Shown here in pieces: positions 12,847-26,499 of a stretch of 64,000 nucleotides of DNA. The notes below the pieces were generated by a model. It was not told where the DNA came from. It did not search any database and worked only from the letters and a program-made list of their open reading frames with translations. Position 1 is the stretch's first letter. Each line of letters opens with the position of its first letter. The stretch comes from Mytilus californianus (taxonomy: Eukaryota): positions 47,554,001 through 47,618,000 of the forward strand of contig NW_026262690.1 of NCBI RefSeq assembly GCF_021869535.1, read 5' to 3'. Position numbers and translations under genes: made by a program.

Positions 12847-13575
12847 ATGTCCGAGACAAAATTAGTAAAGTATCTTCAGAGACCTATTGCACCTGTCAAT
12901 GGTAATTGAAAATACACACCTGTAATATTAGCAGATAGCAAAGGATTTTGTTTAAGAAATCAAGTCACAATTCCAGAAGATAGACATATAAAATGGTGGT
13001 GTAAAAGTGGCTTCAAAATTCAAGACAGTTATAGCTGGCTCAATAACAACATTCATAGTAGAATTAAAAATATTGGAAAAATTCACATCTATATTTGGCT
13101 AGGCACCTGCAATTTAACTACTAAATGCAAGAAAAAGATTACACTGAACAGTCAAGGAGATCAAACAGTTGATTATATTGTGCAATACTTTAACAAATTT
13201 ATTGAACTGTTAAATCAATATCCAAGCCCAAAGTTAACATTTTTAGAAGTACCAGTATATTCTATAAAAGGGTATAATAAATCAACAGACAACAATTTAA
13301 TACAAGAATATAAAACCTTAGATAAAGAACTTGAACGCCAAATATTTGTACTCAATGTACATATAAGACATTTGAAAACCCAACTTAACACAAGCTCCCC
13401 TGATTTCTCCATTCATCTGAATGTTTCTTCGAAACGTCTTACTCGCTCTCGTACGGAAACAGTCCATTACTATAACTACTCATTATACAGTGACGGAATC
13501 CATCCAAAACAAAATTTAGCATTAGTCTGGCTACGTGAAATCTCAGAGAGAGTCAAAACTGACTGCTGGTCGTGA
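12847..13575 (+). pseudogene. SGNH/GDSL esterase-like ORF of the retrotransposon; one premature TGA at 12907-12909
   Basis: ATG 12847 is in frame with track ORF 13180..13575. Blocks ILADSKG (Ser), WLGTCN (GxN-like) and DGIHP (DxxH). Confidence 0.75.
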
Positions 13576-13689
13576 GCAGTGGAGTAATAAGAAATAGCAA
13601 CTGAATAACTGCCGATAGTGTGTCAGTACAGTCTGCATGGGAACTCCAAGCTAACTGTATCTGAGCGCACATACTCAAAATCAGTTATT

Positions 13690-15712
13690 ATGGCGCTAAC
13701 TACAAAAACTCCCAATATCAACACTAGTAACAAAGTTATTGATCACATACACGACTCTGACACCATCACAAAATGCTACAGCTTGAATTTTGAAAAAAGC
13801 CTTGAAAAAGAAACTTGATGCTACAAAACGCACAGAAATATCTTATGAAATAACGGGTGGTGGTCTGACCGCTGAGCTTGACGCAATATCATTTGAGCTT
13901 CTTCTATTTGCTTGCAAGACTCTGTACAATGACATGTCAAATGTTCGCATTGACATAAGCAAAGATAAAGGTGGCAACATAGTACAATATACATTCATGG
14001 TTAAAGATGACAATAATGGAGGCTATACAATCAATCTATATACAACTAGATGCTCTATGTTAGTCAATGGCAAAAAGATAAATTACTTTATTCAGGAAGA
14101 TCTTGAAAAAATCCATACAATCATGAGGAAAACAAATCTGAAAGGCATAAAAATAGACAAAGATAACCTCAATAAATTACTAGCAGATAAGCTTGAATAT
14201 ATTCTAAGCAATATAGACGCTAACAATACAACTTCTGTTGACTCTAACCCTGTTTAATGCTTGAAATGTAAACGTAATTGCAAGACTAGGGCAGTACAGT
14301 GTATAAATGGTCACTGGGTACATTACTCTTGTGAAAAATTATCCCTCACAGAAATTCAAAACCTACCACATATTGACTATTGTTGTAAAACATGTAGCAA
14401 GTAACCTATTACTGTACCGTATGCTATCACGGCTGCTGAAGTTTTATTAAGAGAGGAGACGATAGATGATGAAAAATGTCTAGTGTGCAATGATGAAATG
14501 ACGGATGACAAACAAGCCTGTCCAACATGCAACCACATTTCTCATAACAAGTGCTTCAACATAAACTCTGATCAGTTTTACAGCTGCCATGCAATAGAAG
14601 AACAACGAACTCTTAGTGAAAATCAAACACGGGTAGAAAATAAAAGAAATATCGACGAATTTACTGACCACCAAACGGATGTAAGTCATGATGACACAAC
14701 AACCATTATGGCAAGCAAAAACAACTTCTACAGTGGCCTACAACAGACGTTACAGACAGCAAGTGACCAAGTGAACAATACACCACAAACAGTCATATCA
14801 GAGAAAGAAAGTATGTCTACTACGCCAATGTTAACCAACAAGCAATAACAACAAATTAAGCAAAAAGAATTAAAGCAACAAGAACTTAAACTAAAACAAA
14901 GAGAGGAACAACTACGTTTAAAAGAAGCTGTCGTAAATGATCAATCCTAAGACAAAACTAGACTGTACGAAATGATACATAAACTTGAAGCAAGAAATAA
15001 TGAGCTTGAAAAACAGTCAAGTTCCTATATCACAAGATCAACAATGAAGACAACACAATGAACAGAAACAATGTAACGCAAGAGAGTAGTAGGTCAGACT
15101 CAAATTCAACAAGATAGTCTAGCCAATGCTATAAAGGAAAAAGTCTCAGGCTATATATTAAGAAAGGTAGACAAAGAAATAGATCATCTAATAAGACTAG
15201 AAGAAAATGTAAACAATACTCCTGCTGAAACATACAACTATGGATACTATGACTATCCCTCTATTCCTCCTCATAGTCAACAAGACATTTACTATAGTAG
15301 TCAGCAGCAGAGTTACCATTACCCCTATTATCAACATGATAACTGGTCATACAACCATCACTACTATCCTGATTGTAATGAATATCAAGAATATAGTAAT
15401 AATAGCAACCTCATAACAGTACAATTAGAACAAGAAACAGGAAATATTGATAAAGGAAGGAACCATTCACAACAACAGAACGAAAGAATCAACAAGCACA
15501 AACTCAAAACAACTCAGAACTTCACACATGATCATAATATACAAACAGCCCGTCATTCAGAAACTCCACAGAATGGGTTTACAGGATTGAACAAGTACAA
15601 CGCTCTACATACCGAGGGACAACCGATTTTTTACAGTGATCAAAGCAAAAATCAGAAAACAAATTTAGAACATTTTTTATACCAAAAAAGCCTCAGACAG
15701 CCGCCATTCTGA
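13690..15712 (+). pseudogene. LINE ORF1 with two Cys/His (PHD-like) fingers and a coiled-coil segment; disrupted
   Basis: KKKLDATKR...TGGG...YTINLYTTRCSMLVNGK; CLKCKRNCKTRAVQCINGHWVHYSCE; CLVCNDE...CPTCNHISHNKC; QKELKQQELKLKQREEQLR. Stops and frameshifts present. Confidence 0.7.
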
Positions 15713-15719
15713 TAAAAAG

Positions 15720-18700
15720 TAGCGAAGATGAAAATACAGATGTAAATAGTAGACAGTGCCTGAATGTTTTATCTTTTAACTGTAAAAATGTAAATACTTG
15801 TGGACTATAATTTAATGATGTAAATAAAATTGCGGATATATGTTTGCTACAGGAAACATGGCTATTTAGCTGTCAAACGGAAATGCTTAATGAATTGAAC
15901 CAAGAATATATTGGAATTGGTAAAGCCGTCGACTCAAAAGATCCAATCCCTCCAACACATATGCCTAGAGGTCACGGAGGTGTCGCAATCATGTGGAAAA
16001 AACAACTTGATAGTTATATCACACAACTTCCAGATGGGAACGAGCGTATACAATGCATTGAATTCAGGAGAGCAGAACCACTTCTAATCATTTCAGTATA
16101 TCTGCCTTGTAAGGGGTCATCAGACAGTATAGAAGAATTTCAGGAGTGTATAGATCTACTACACGAAATATACTCAAAATTTAAAGATACTCACATCATA
16201 CTACTTGGAGGAGATCTAAATGAAAATGCAAACCAATTTTCTAATAGTGAAAGATCAAAACATCTTCAGGAATTTATGAAAGAACATAATCTTTTAACTA
16301 AAGACCTAGGTCCGACCTTTATACACCCAAATGGTTGCGACTCGACTTGCATTGACTTCTTCTTATATAGCGAAAACTTCAGCAGGAGTATTGTTAAAAT
16401 CATCAAGCTTGAAAACATACCTGGAAACATCTCAGACCACTACCCTATCGTAGCAAGAATTAAATATGACTACTTTATACATAATAAACCTAACAAAAGG
16501 GTATGTCCGACTCCGAAAATCAACTGGGACAAAGTAGATATTGAGAAATATAATTCAACAATAGAAAGTGGCATATTAGAATTGAACAAAAACATCCAAT
16601 CTATACAGGATATTGAACTTGCTTATATAGACTTAAATCAACTATTATCCAAGGCGGCATCAACTTCAGGACCAACCAGACGAATAAGGAAGAAGAAACC
16701 AAAACTACAAGTAATGACACCAGAAATTCGTAAAGCTATAACTGACAAGAAAAATGCATACTTTGATTGGAAACAGAACATCCGACCTAATGATCCCAAT
16801 AATCAGTGGTTACAGAAGAAAAAAGTAACAACTTGTAACCTAAGAAAAGAGTGCAGGTTAACACTAGCAAAACAACAACTAGAAAGGAAAACTGAATTGA
16901 TTAATGCCAAAAGTAACAACTCCAATTTATTTTTCAAACTTATCCGACGTCAAAGAGGAAGATCTAGTATGCATATTGATGAGCTAAATGTAAACGGACA
17001 AAAATACAACACTGAAGGGGGAATCTTGGAGGGCTTTAGAGAACACTTTGCAAATCTTGCTGAACAAAGTGATAATAGTCAATTCGACCAAACATATATT
17101 GAACAGGTAGACAACGAATATGCTACTATTATAGATATATGTAAACATGACTTCAAGCACATTCCAGTGAAGAAGCAAGAGGTCAAGGATGCCATTAAAA
17201 GCCTTAATCGAAATAAATCCCCAGATACCTATGGAGTCACTGCTGAAAATTTAATTCATGGTGGAGAAATACTTGCCTCATATATACAAACTCTACTAAA
17301 CAGCTCCTTTAAATTCTGCTTTATACCTGATATTATCAAATTTGGAATATTAACACCAGTCTTTAAAAATAAAGGCAACAAGAATGACGCAAAAAATTAT
17401 AGAGGCATCACAATAACTCCAACTCTATCAAAAATCATAGAAACTGTACTTAAATTTGGCATCAATCCCAAAATTTTCTGTCTACAAAATCCACTCCAGC
17501 GAGGCTTTACCAAAAACGCATCTCCTTTATATTGCTCATTAATTATGGAGGAATTTCAACGAGAGAACAAAGATCTGAAAAGAGAAACAATATTTGTCAT
17601 GCTAGATGCTAAGGCAGCCTTTGACGTAGTAAAACACTTAAGCCTTATACGTAAATTATTTCATATGGGACTCACACCGCAAGAAATACTCATGATTGAT
17701 GATCTATATAAAAATGCAAGATCCAGTGTCAAATGGAACGGTGAACAATCCAATGCATTCAATATTGAACAAGGTGTTCGACAAGGCGGTACACTTAGTG
17801 CCGACCTTTACAAAGTTTATGTAAATGATCTATTAACGAAATATGTAACACCGGTTTTGGAGGACATATTGGAATGATCAACTGTAGTGCGCCTACATGC
17901 GCTGATGATCTTACCTTAACAAGTAACTCTCAGTTTGAAGCGCAAATACTAGTCAACATAGCTAACGACTACAGCAAAAGAGAGTCATATATTATACAAC
18001 CTACTAAAAGCGTTGTACTGCCTATACAAACTAACACCATTACCCACAATGATATGACACTCCTTATGGATGATAGGGAAATGCCTACAGTTGATAAAAC
18101 CACACATATTGGGATACAAAGATCAAACTGTAACACACAACTAGTAACAGCGGAGGAAAATATTAAGAAGGCAAGAAGAGCTTTATACAGTTTAATGGCA
18201 AGTGGCTTGCATGGAGAAAATGGACTAGACCCATCTACATTTATATCCACTTTCAGAACCTATGTTATGCCCATCCTACTATATGGACTGGATGTTATAA
18301 TGACCAACAGCAAATCTTTGAAAATATTACAATCTTTCTACAAGAAAATGATTAAACAAATCTTATCTTTACCAATATCAACTGCAGACCCAGCTATATA
18401 TTTATTATTTGGATTACTACCCATAAATGCTGAAATTGATATAAAAATTATAACATTACTTGGAAATATTCTATGTTCTGACAAATCAACGGTTGAATAG
18501 AAAATCGCCTATCGTCAATTAAAAATTAAATCGTGCAAAAGCAACAGCTGGTTCATAGATGCAAAGAAAATCTGTTTTAAATATCAACTAACAGATCCTT
18601 TAGAATTTTTGGATACTGTAACAACTAAAGAAACATGGAAAAAAAGCATGGTCAACAAAATTAAAACATACTGGCATAGAAAGATCTTGGATGAGAAAGA

Positions 18701-19120
18701 ACATTTCAATAGCTTACAATACTTATCTCCAATATACAGACTTGGTCATTGTCATCCGTTGGTCAGTATATCCACTTCTGACCCTAAACTAGTACAAAAA
18801 TTGCCACCGCCAGTGAAAATCGCTACAGGAGGATACATCCTACAATCCCAAAGAGCCAAATATAATTCTAATGTAGTGGACCCAACATGTCAACTATGCA
18901 AAAATGGAGAAGAAACATTATCTCATTTCCTGCTTACATGAGTAACTTTAGATGCTATAAGAAAACCCATATTAGAAAGAATAATGATAACGGCTAGTAG
19001 AATTTTCTTTGAGAGCAATAGTGTAATAAGACCTATTATTTATAGTACATAGGGCTTCTAAAGAGAAAGCTGTATCCTGAAAAGATTTATAAACAGCTTT
19101 AATGAAATAAAGTATAATAT

Positions 19121-19155
<35 letters not shown>

Positions 19156-19360
19156 AGCAATAGTGTCAATAACATAGAACTACTAAGATTGATTTGTGGT
19201 CCTTACAACTACTGCAATAATAACAACGATCAAATTTGGGATAATATATCGAAAATTCTTGAACCGCAATGCAGGAAAATGATCCACCTACTCCATACAA
19301 CAAGATATAGACTACTCGGTTTGGACAGTAAACAACCGAAAACGAGAAGGAAAGTTTAAG
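15720..19360 (+). pseudogene. LINE ORF2: AP endonuclease + RT + C-terminal CxxC-H-C motif; disrupted
   Basis: SFNCKN, QETW, GGDLN, IDFF, SDHYP (APE); YRGITI, LDAKAAFD, GVRQGG, CADD (RT); CQLCKNGEETLSHFLLT. Frameshift near 17836, several stops, insertion at 19025. Confidence 0.92.
19011..19166 (+). mobile_element. Short polyadenylated retroposed insert (19025-19152) with a 14-bp target-site duplication
   Basis: GAGAGCAATAGTGT at 19011-19024 and 19153-19166; AATAAA at 19106-19111; A28 at 19125-19152; ORF2 resumes after the second TSD. Confidence 0.92.
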
Positions 19361-20410
19361 ACTATTAGTTAATTAAAGTGTTATGTAAGTGACTATATAA
19401 TACTCTGGTGGATGGAATTTTTATTTGCGTGATACTTATATATATTCGTGGTGGTGGTGGATATCACTCCAGCTAGACTTGGAGGTGTGCCTTGACTGGC
19501 AGAATTTATTATACAGATTACAGATGGCCGGGCAATTGCCTCGACTTTCATGAATTTGGAATTTATTAAGAGATAACAGCTTGTTACAAGTAATAGTTGC
19601 TTCTCAGTGAGTCATGTGACTTTGTTTACATTGGAGATCGATTAACAAACAAATAAGTTAGGATCCTTCTTGAAAAGTCATTAGAACTGAGGGCAGGGGA
19701 CTCTTAACAGCTTGTTTGTTTTAATAAATTTTGATGCTGTTTTTATTGTGTTTGTTTGATATGTATGTATATATGTTTATTGTGTTAATACATGTTGGTC
19801 ACAAACTGTAAAGTTTATACGACAATAAAATATTTGATTTGATATTTGATTTGATTTGATTTGATATCGATCATTCTAAGAATGAAATAAATTTAATTTA
19901 CTTGTGATTTTGATCATTCCTTACAAAAATTACAGCGGCAGGCAACGTGGAAAATCCTTGGACCTTAAGTTTCATAAGATTTAGAGCCCTGTGAAATTTA
20001 TAAAAGAAAACTGACAACATTAACTCTGAACTTTTGAACAAGTTAACAATATTGAGAAAATATTCAATAAATACTATTTAGGACTTGCAACAAGAAAAAT
20101 ATCAAATATCTTAATCATTTAAGGCCTAAGTCAAATATTATCAAACAAGAACTCAGAACTAGGCAAAAACATTAAAAATAAAGCAACAATTAAAAAAATG
20201 CCAGGGGGGTACACCCTGCACATTACAATATCTACATTTTTCAACGGATAATTTTGGAAATGTATGTAATAAATGGTGTCGGCAGCAAAGAACTGACTAC
20301 AGTGCTAATGATACCCTCGGGGATGAACAGTATACTAACAATGACGTCGACCCATAGCTTGAAAATAAAGTTAGTGCGACTTTCTTGAATTCACCAGGAA
20401 TGCTACCCCC

Positions 20411-20441
<31 letters not shown>

Positions 20442-21580
20442 AATCCGGTGCACTGAATTGGTTCGTGGTTTCATTTAGATTTTCTTATCAAAATGGACGT
20501 TATACACCTTCAATTACAACACCTAAGTTATTTTATACGAATTGCAAAAGGATACCTATGGAAATATTTTTTTTAAATAGCCAATTTGCATGTGTCGGTC
20601 CACATTCATATTCACATGATTGCCAATGAGACAACTGTTCACTTAAGTTCAAATGAAGTGGATGTAAGCAATTGTTCTTTTATTTATTTTGTTTGGTTTT
20701 TTTTTACATTATAAATTCAATTTTTGTTATTTTTCTGATGGACTCTAACTTCAGCGCTTTTATATATAAGAAAGATTTGATATAGGGTTGAGATCATCTG
20801 TTCCTCGATATTTCTGCTTGTCGTTGGTTTCACATAGAAGTAACAAACAATGTCATCTATGAGCTTGGTGTTGGGATTAGCGTGATGGAATATATTCTTG
20901 TTGGTTACACTTACTTTTCAATTTCACATTGCTAACCAAACAACCTCTGTTGTATTTACATCATAGGAAATTTATTTATCGGATCAACCACGCAGTACAA
21001 ACGATAATAGTAACCGTCTGTATTTACGAATCAATATCAAAATACTAATATTTCAATGGTAATTTTATCATCAATATGTACAGTGTGGTTGGAATTATTG
21101 TATAATATGACACGAGTTTCTGTAAAAAAGTTCATAACAAACACTCAAATGTAAATACACCATGCACATATCATTGAGATTATTCCGTTGCTTTAGCACT
21201 GTGGTATAAAAAAATGTAGAATAAAGTATAGTTTCTTTACATTTTCTACGTACACATATGTTTCTATAAAGTGTTCGTTCAGCAGTTTGAATTCCTGTTT
21301 TAAACACTTTTCATGTGTTAGGTTATCAACCCGTCCAGCCTAAAGGTACATATATATCTATTGGTTTGAAAAAAAAACAAGTTCAATGATAAAACTTTTC
21401 ATTTATTTTTATTCATGTTTAAATTAAAATAAATATTACAACAAATATCAAGAGTCTACTTATACTATAACGGAAAAAAATTCTTTGTCAATATCGTCTT
21501 TCATTCTTATTCAGTTTTGCACATTTATAAAAGTAGATTGCGTAGCAAGTTCTCAATTACCATTTCCATTGTAAAACTGA

Positions 21581-24500
21581 TCACTGCGGATTCATCAAAT
21601 TGACAAATTCTGAAAAAGAAACAAAAAACTAATTCTAAAGATCTTAACGGTATAATCAAAGTGTGCTTTTATGCTTATTTCAACTATCATGTTACCATTT
21701 AATTAGAAACATATTGTTAGTGAAGGGACCACACATTTCAACATAGTACCTAAATAAAAAAAAAAACATTCAAAGAAAAGAAACTACATGCGGATTTCAA
21801 TTTATAAAATAACCATTTCCGTTTGATGTTCAAATTGTATGTACCTCCCTGTGATGCTTGATACCACCCGTGGTTTGCTCTGCCAAACATTAAGTTAAGA
21901 TTTATTTTTAAAAAAATTAACAAAATGAATCTTTGTTTTAAGATGCCTTTTTCTTGAATGTTTCAATTTAGAAATACATTTTGACGAAGTTATCAAAATA
22001 ATCTTCTTTAAATACACTTTGAATATTGTCAGTTATGTAAAAAAAAAACATGGATTTCCTAGATTTTTGGTTGACACAAAACATTAGAACTTTTATTAAT
22101 TTTATAAGTCCAATAAAAAATTTGCCATTTTAATGTAGCGCCATCTGCGTATCTTTCGTGAGTGATGAGGATTTATCTGTAAAATACTTCATAAATGGAA
22201 AAGTTCAATCGTTTTCTACCATTTGGTCCTATGTAGAATGGTCAAAGAGAGAATAAAAAACGTGTCAAAAGAAAACAAACAGATTAGACCGTTGGTTTTC
22301 CTTTTTGAATTGTTTTACACTAGTCATGTTGGGGCCCTTTATAGCTTGCCTTTCGGTGTGAGCCAAGGCTCCGTATTGAAGGCTGTACTTTGACCTATAA
22401 TTGTTAACCTTTTATACATTGTGACTTGGATGGAGAGTTGTCTCATTGGCACTCATACCACATCTTCTTATTTATTGATACCTTGATTAAACAGCCTGAA
22501 AAACATAACACAGAAAACTAAAGAATGAGTAACATGAAACCCTACAACATCAACGGCACTCATCGTGTTGTTCGTGGCAAAACAAGATTGAGTGACAAAT
22601 TGCTCATTCTGTAATGTCACATTCGAGTGAAGGATTGAATTATGGCTACAACAATCGCTGGTCATGTGTAAACCTATCATTTATATTCACTCATCGGACC
22701 AGATCAGCCAAACATGAATTATTCTAGAAAATGATATCCAAGTGAACGTTTCTATAAACTAATTTTCAAATCGGTTAATATTGGTTGTTTGTGTACAACT
22801 TGAGACAACTGTCCTTTATTTTCATTAAATTTACTGCATGCACAATTTATAAACCCCTTTAATAACAAATTTAGTGTACATTTATGTGAATTTTACTGTT
22901 TTGTATTGTGTTCTCTGATTTTTACTTAGACTAAGGACACTGAAAAAGTACAAGAGTGAAAGATATAGTAGAACATTTGCATTTAACTGCATTTTACTCT
23001 GGAAATTTCGTTTTGTAGCGATTTTCTGGTATTTGATTAATTAATATTTCAGATTATAATTGGATGTTATATAATATGATTACATACCTTCATAGTTAAC
23101 TAGTCCGTCTCCATCAATATCAACAGCAGCTATCATATCCTTAAAGTCTTCGTCTGTTAAATGATCCTCCCCTTTGTTCAGCATTGCATCTTTCAATTCT
23201 TCTATGTCTATAAATCCATTCCCATCCTTATCAAATGTCTTAAAAGCTTCCATTAGATCAGCATGCTCATTTCTGTTTTGTGAACCAAAGGTTTTCATGT
23301 AGTATTCTTCAAACTCGTTATATTCTATTTCATTCGAACCTGAAATACAATGGTCTTTTTTTTTATCTTTGAGATCTTTATTTTAATTTATTTTATGGAA
23401 TATTACTACTTCTACAGTCACATTTTACTGTTTTTGGACTCATTCGTAACCTATAAAATCCTCATTTTTTTCCATAGAATAATCACCCTAAACCATTCGG
23501 AAAGTAGACTAAGCTATTTTCCAAATGTTAGAGATAAAGAGAGCAATGTAGTCGTCTCGTTGGAAATCCTATCACATTTCCTTATGTTACTCTGCTTTTG
23601 TATAAATGTTAAAGCACTTCTACAAATGACGTGAAAATACAAAATAAAATTCCTCGCTGAACTATGCAGCTGTTAAATGAAGAATTATTTCCCCTGAAGT
23701 TGTCAGATGTCCATTTAGTATTTAGATTATCAGTCGGTTGACTCTAGTTAAATCAATTATCATTTGAGAAAATCTAGACAGTGGAATTTCTGTTTGATAA
23801 ACATTCTTGATAGCATCTAGTTTGTTATGTCCGTAGTGTTTTTTTCTTTTTTTTTTTCTCTTTTGTCTTTTTTCTTAAAACGAATTATCTGTGTTTTAAT
23901 AAAGTTGCACCCAACAAAACTCCCACTTACTTTCTTCAGAAATTGTGGAAACATACCAAACAGAAATCCCAAAGAAAACTAAGTTAAAATGAGGAGTCCC
24001 AAAAAAATCCACTCTTCTAAAGAAAATGCCTTGCATTAAAATAAGTAGCCCCTACTCTACTCTTACACCTGGTGGGCTCCACTTTAGTAAAAGCCAACCA
24101 GCAAGTCTCAAAATTGTGGGTGTCTGCTTATACTAGAACATTGCTAGTGTCTCAACCAATGCAATCTTCGAATTTTCCCTACTAATTTGCAAAGGCCTTT
24201 GTAAATCATGTTAGACATTTTCTGAAGATTGTGATATTGTTTGCATAGAAACATGTCTGTAATCATATACCCGGTATGTTAATAGTTTAGAATGCAAACA
24301 AGCATTTTATGGAAAAAATCAAATTAACAATAAACAATTTATACATTGCAAAAATTTGCAAATGACCACAATTATAATACCAACATTTTAGCGTCCAATT
24401 AATATGTATTTCTTTATAACAAATATAACAGCTGAAATGATTTTCAACGAAAACAAAATAATACGTTAGGCCACTGCAAATTGATATGCAGTTCTTCAGA

Positions 24501-26447
24501 TTCGCTCGCCCACAATTTATTGGAACGGAAACATAAAAAAGAATTTGAGTCACTGTATACATATTGTGTCTTGGGCTAACAGATATCAATAATTATACAT
24601 CTCTTATAGAATTAGTTCCACAGAATCGTCTAAAAAACTTCGTGATAGGATGCTCATATATACAGTCCGCCAAAAGTTAAGCACCACCTAAATATAACTG
24701 TCAATATTTTTTTAACTATTGCGAAAAAAATATTTATGTTTGGTGTTATGAATTGCCTTTAGCATACACTAAGAAAATTCATTACGACCAAAAAAATTAA
24801 ACTCCGATATACCCGCCAAGCAACCTTTTATTTAAGGTCATCTGCACTTTTACAAATACACTGTTTCGATGCCTTTAAATCATCTTCCTACTGTCCCGCG
24901 TACAGGTGAAATTTGAACTTCACCAAGTCACTGTGAAATATTGCAAGCGGTAAGTTATCTGTGACTGAACGTTGACAAGCAATTGACATGTCAAATGCCG
25001 GTAGGAGCACTAGGAGCATTGGTAACCATTTCAATGTTAATCGCATCGTCATTGTCAGATTTTTACAACGTCATATTGACACAGGAACTGTAAATGATAG
25101 ACCAAGGTCCGGAAGACCCCGTTTAACTACCTATCGTGATGACATACTACTTATTGGTGGTGCTAAAGCCAACCCATTTACTCCTGCCCCATAGCTTAGA
25201 CACCACTGGCTTCCAGGTGGTCGTGTTAGTGTTCGAACATTGGTTCGTCGACTTCATAGAGGCTACCTAAGAGCACGTCGTGTTGCCAATAGACGTGCCC
25301 TAACAGCCAGGCACCGTATAATCAGGTTTCAAAGGGCTAATGACCATCGACGATGGAACATGAGAACCTGGCAAAATATTTATTGGTCAGATGAGAGTTG
25401 GTTTCTGTTACGACCAATTGACGGCAGAATACGAGTTTGGCGGGGAAATAAAACTGCCTATCACCAAAACAACAATTGCTCAACGACAGCAATCGTTGAT
25501 GGTGGTGTTACAGTATGGGTTTTTTTTCTCATACTGTTGGAAGCTGGGTATGCATATTTTGCAGGGTAACATGAAAAGACAGACATACAGGGATTTTGTG
25601 CTTAGAAACATTGGAGTCCCTCATTTTGAGAATCCCCAACATACGTCAAGACCCTCGTACATGGACGACAACGCTAGATCACACAGGGCAAGGATTGTAA
25701 CCGATTACAAAGACCAAGAAGCCATTGACACTATCTTTTGGCCTTCCATGTCTCCAGACCTGAACCCTATGGAACATGTCTGGGATGCCATTGGCAGAAA
25801 TCTTAATCGCAGAGATCCACCTTTGCAAAATCTTGGCGATTTAAGGGGGGCAATTGTTGATGAATGGAATAAATTTGCTCAGCTAAAGTTCAGAAGGCTT
25901 GTACAGAGTATGAGACGCCGTGTTATGGAACTGTACCGGAAGAGAGGTGGTTACACATCCTATTGACTTAAATATTGACATTAAATTTGCTGAACATACC
26001 AAAGATTATTTGTAGAGACTTTCAATGACTTTGGGTGATTAATTGTTGTAAAAAAATAAAATCAAAGTAAAATTTAAATTCCGTTTCTGATTTGTGTAAT
26101 TTTCACTATTTCTAAGAACGCAAAATTCAAATGCATAGACCAAACTTAAGTTTATGGTTTGTTTATGGCATATGTTAGCAAAATTGCTACGTGAATATTT
26201 TCTCTTTTTCGAGGATTAACTGGTTTTTTTAAATGAAAAAAATTTCGATGCAACAATCGTCAAGAATAGACGTTATTGTGCAGATAAGGAAAAAAATTAT
26301 ATAAGTCTAGAGATTTGCACAACGATACTAATATAAGATGGTATTAAACGAAGATGTTGTTAAGCCGAAATATTTGTCAACACGATTTATTAACAACATC
26401 TTCGTATAATACCATCTTATATTAGTATCGTTGTGCAAATCTCTAGA

Positions 26448-26499
<52 letters not shown>

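Larger units (their letters stand above)
12530..19866 (+). mobile_element. Near full-length non-LTR retrotransposon (APE-RT type, probably RTE-X-like); 5' boundary approximate
   Basis: SGNH ORF, PHD-containing ORF1 and APE-RT ORF2 in series; 3' UTR with AATAAA near 19823 and an (ATTTG)n tail to about 19866. Clade assignment is inference. No TSD found. Confidence 0.8.

Noticed and set aside
20408-20443. Poly-C then poly-A run as a G-quadruplex or regulatory element
   Set aside because: A simple homopolymer of unreliable length with no supporting context.
24170-24270. Possible AP-endonuclease N-terminal remnant (CKGL...CDIVCIET)
   Set aside because: Too short and degenerate to support as a feature.
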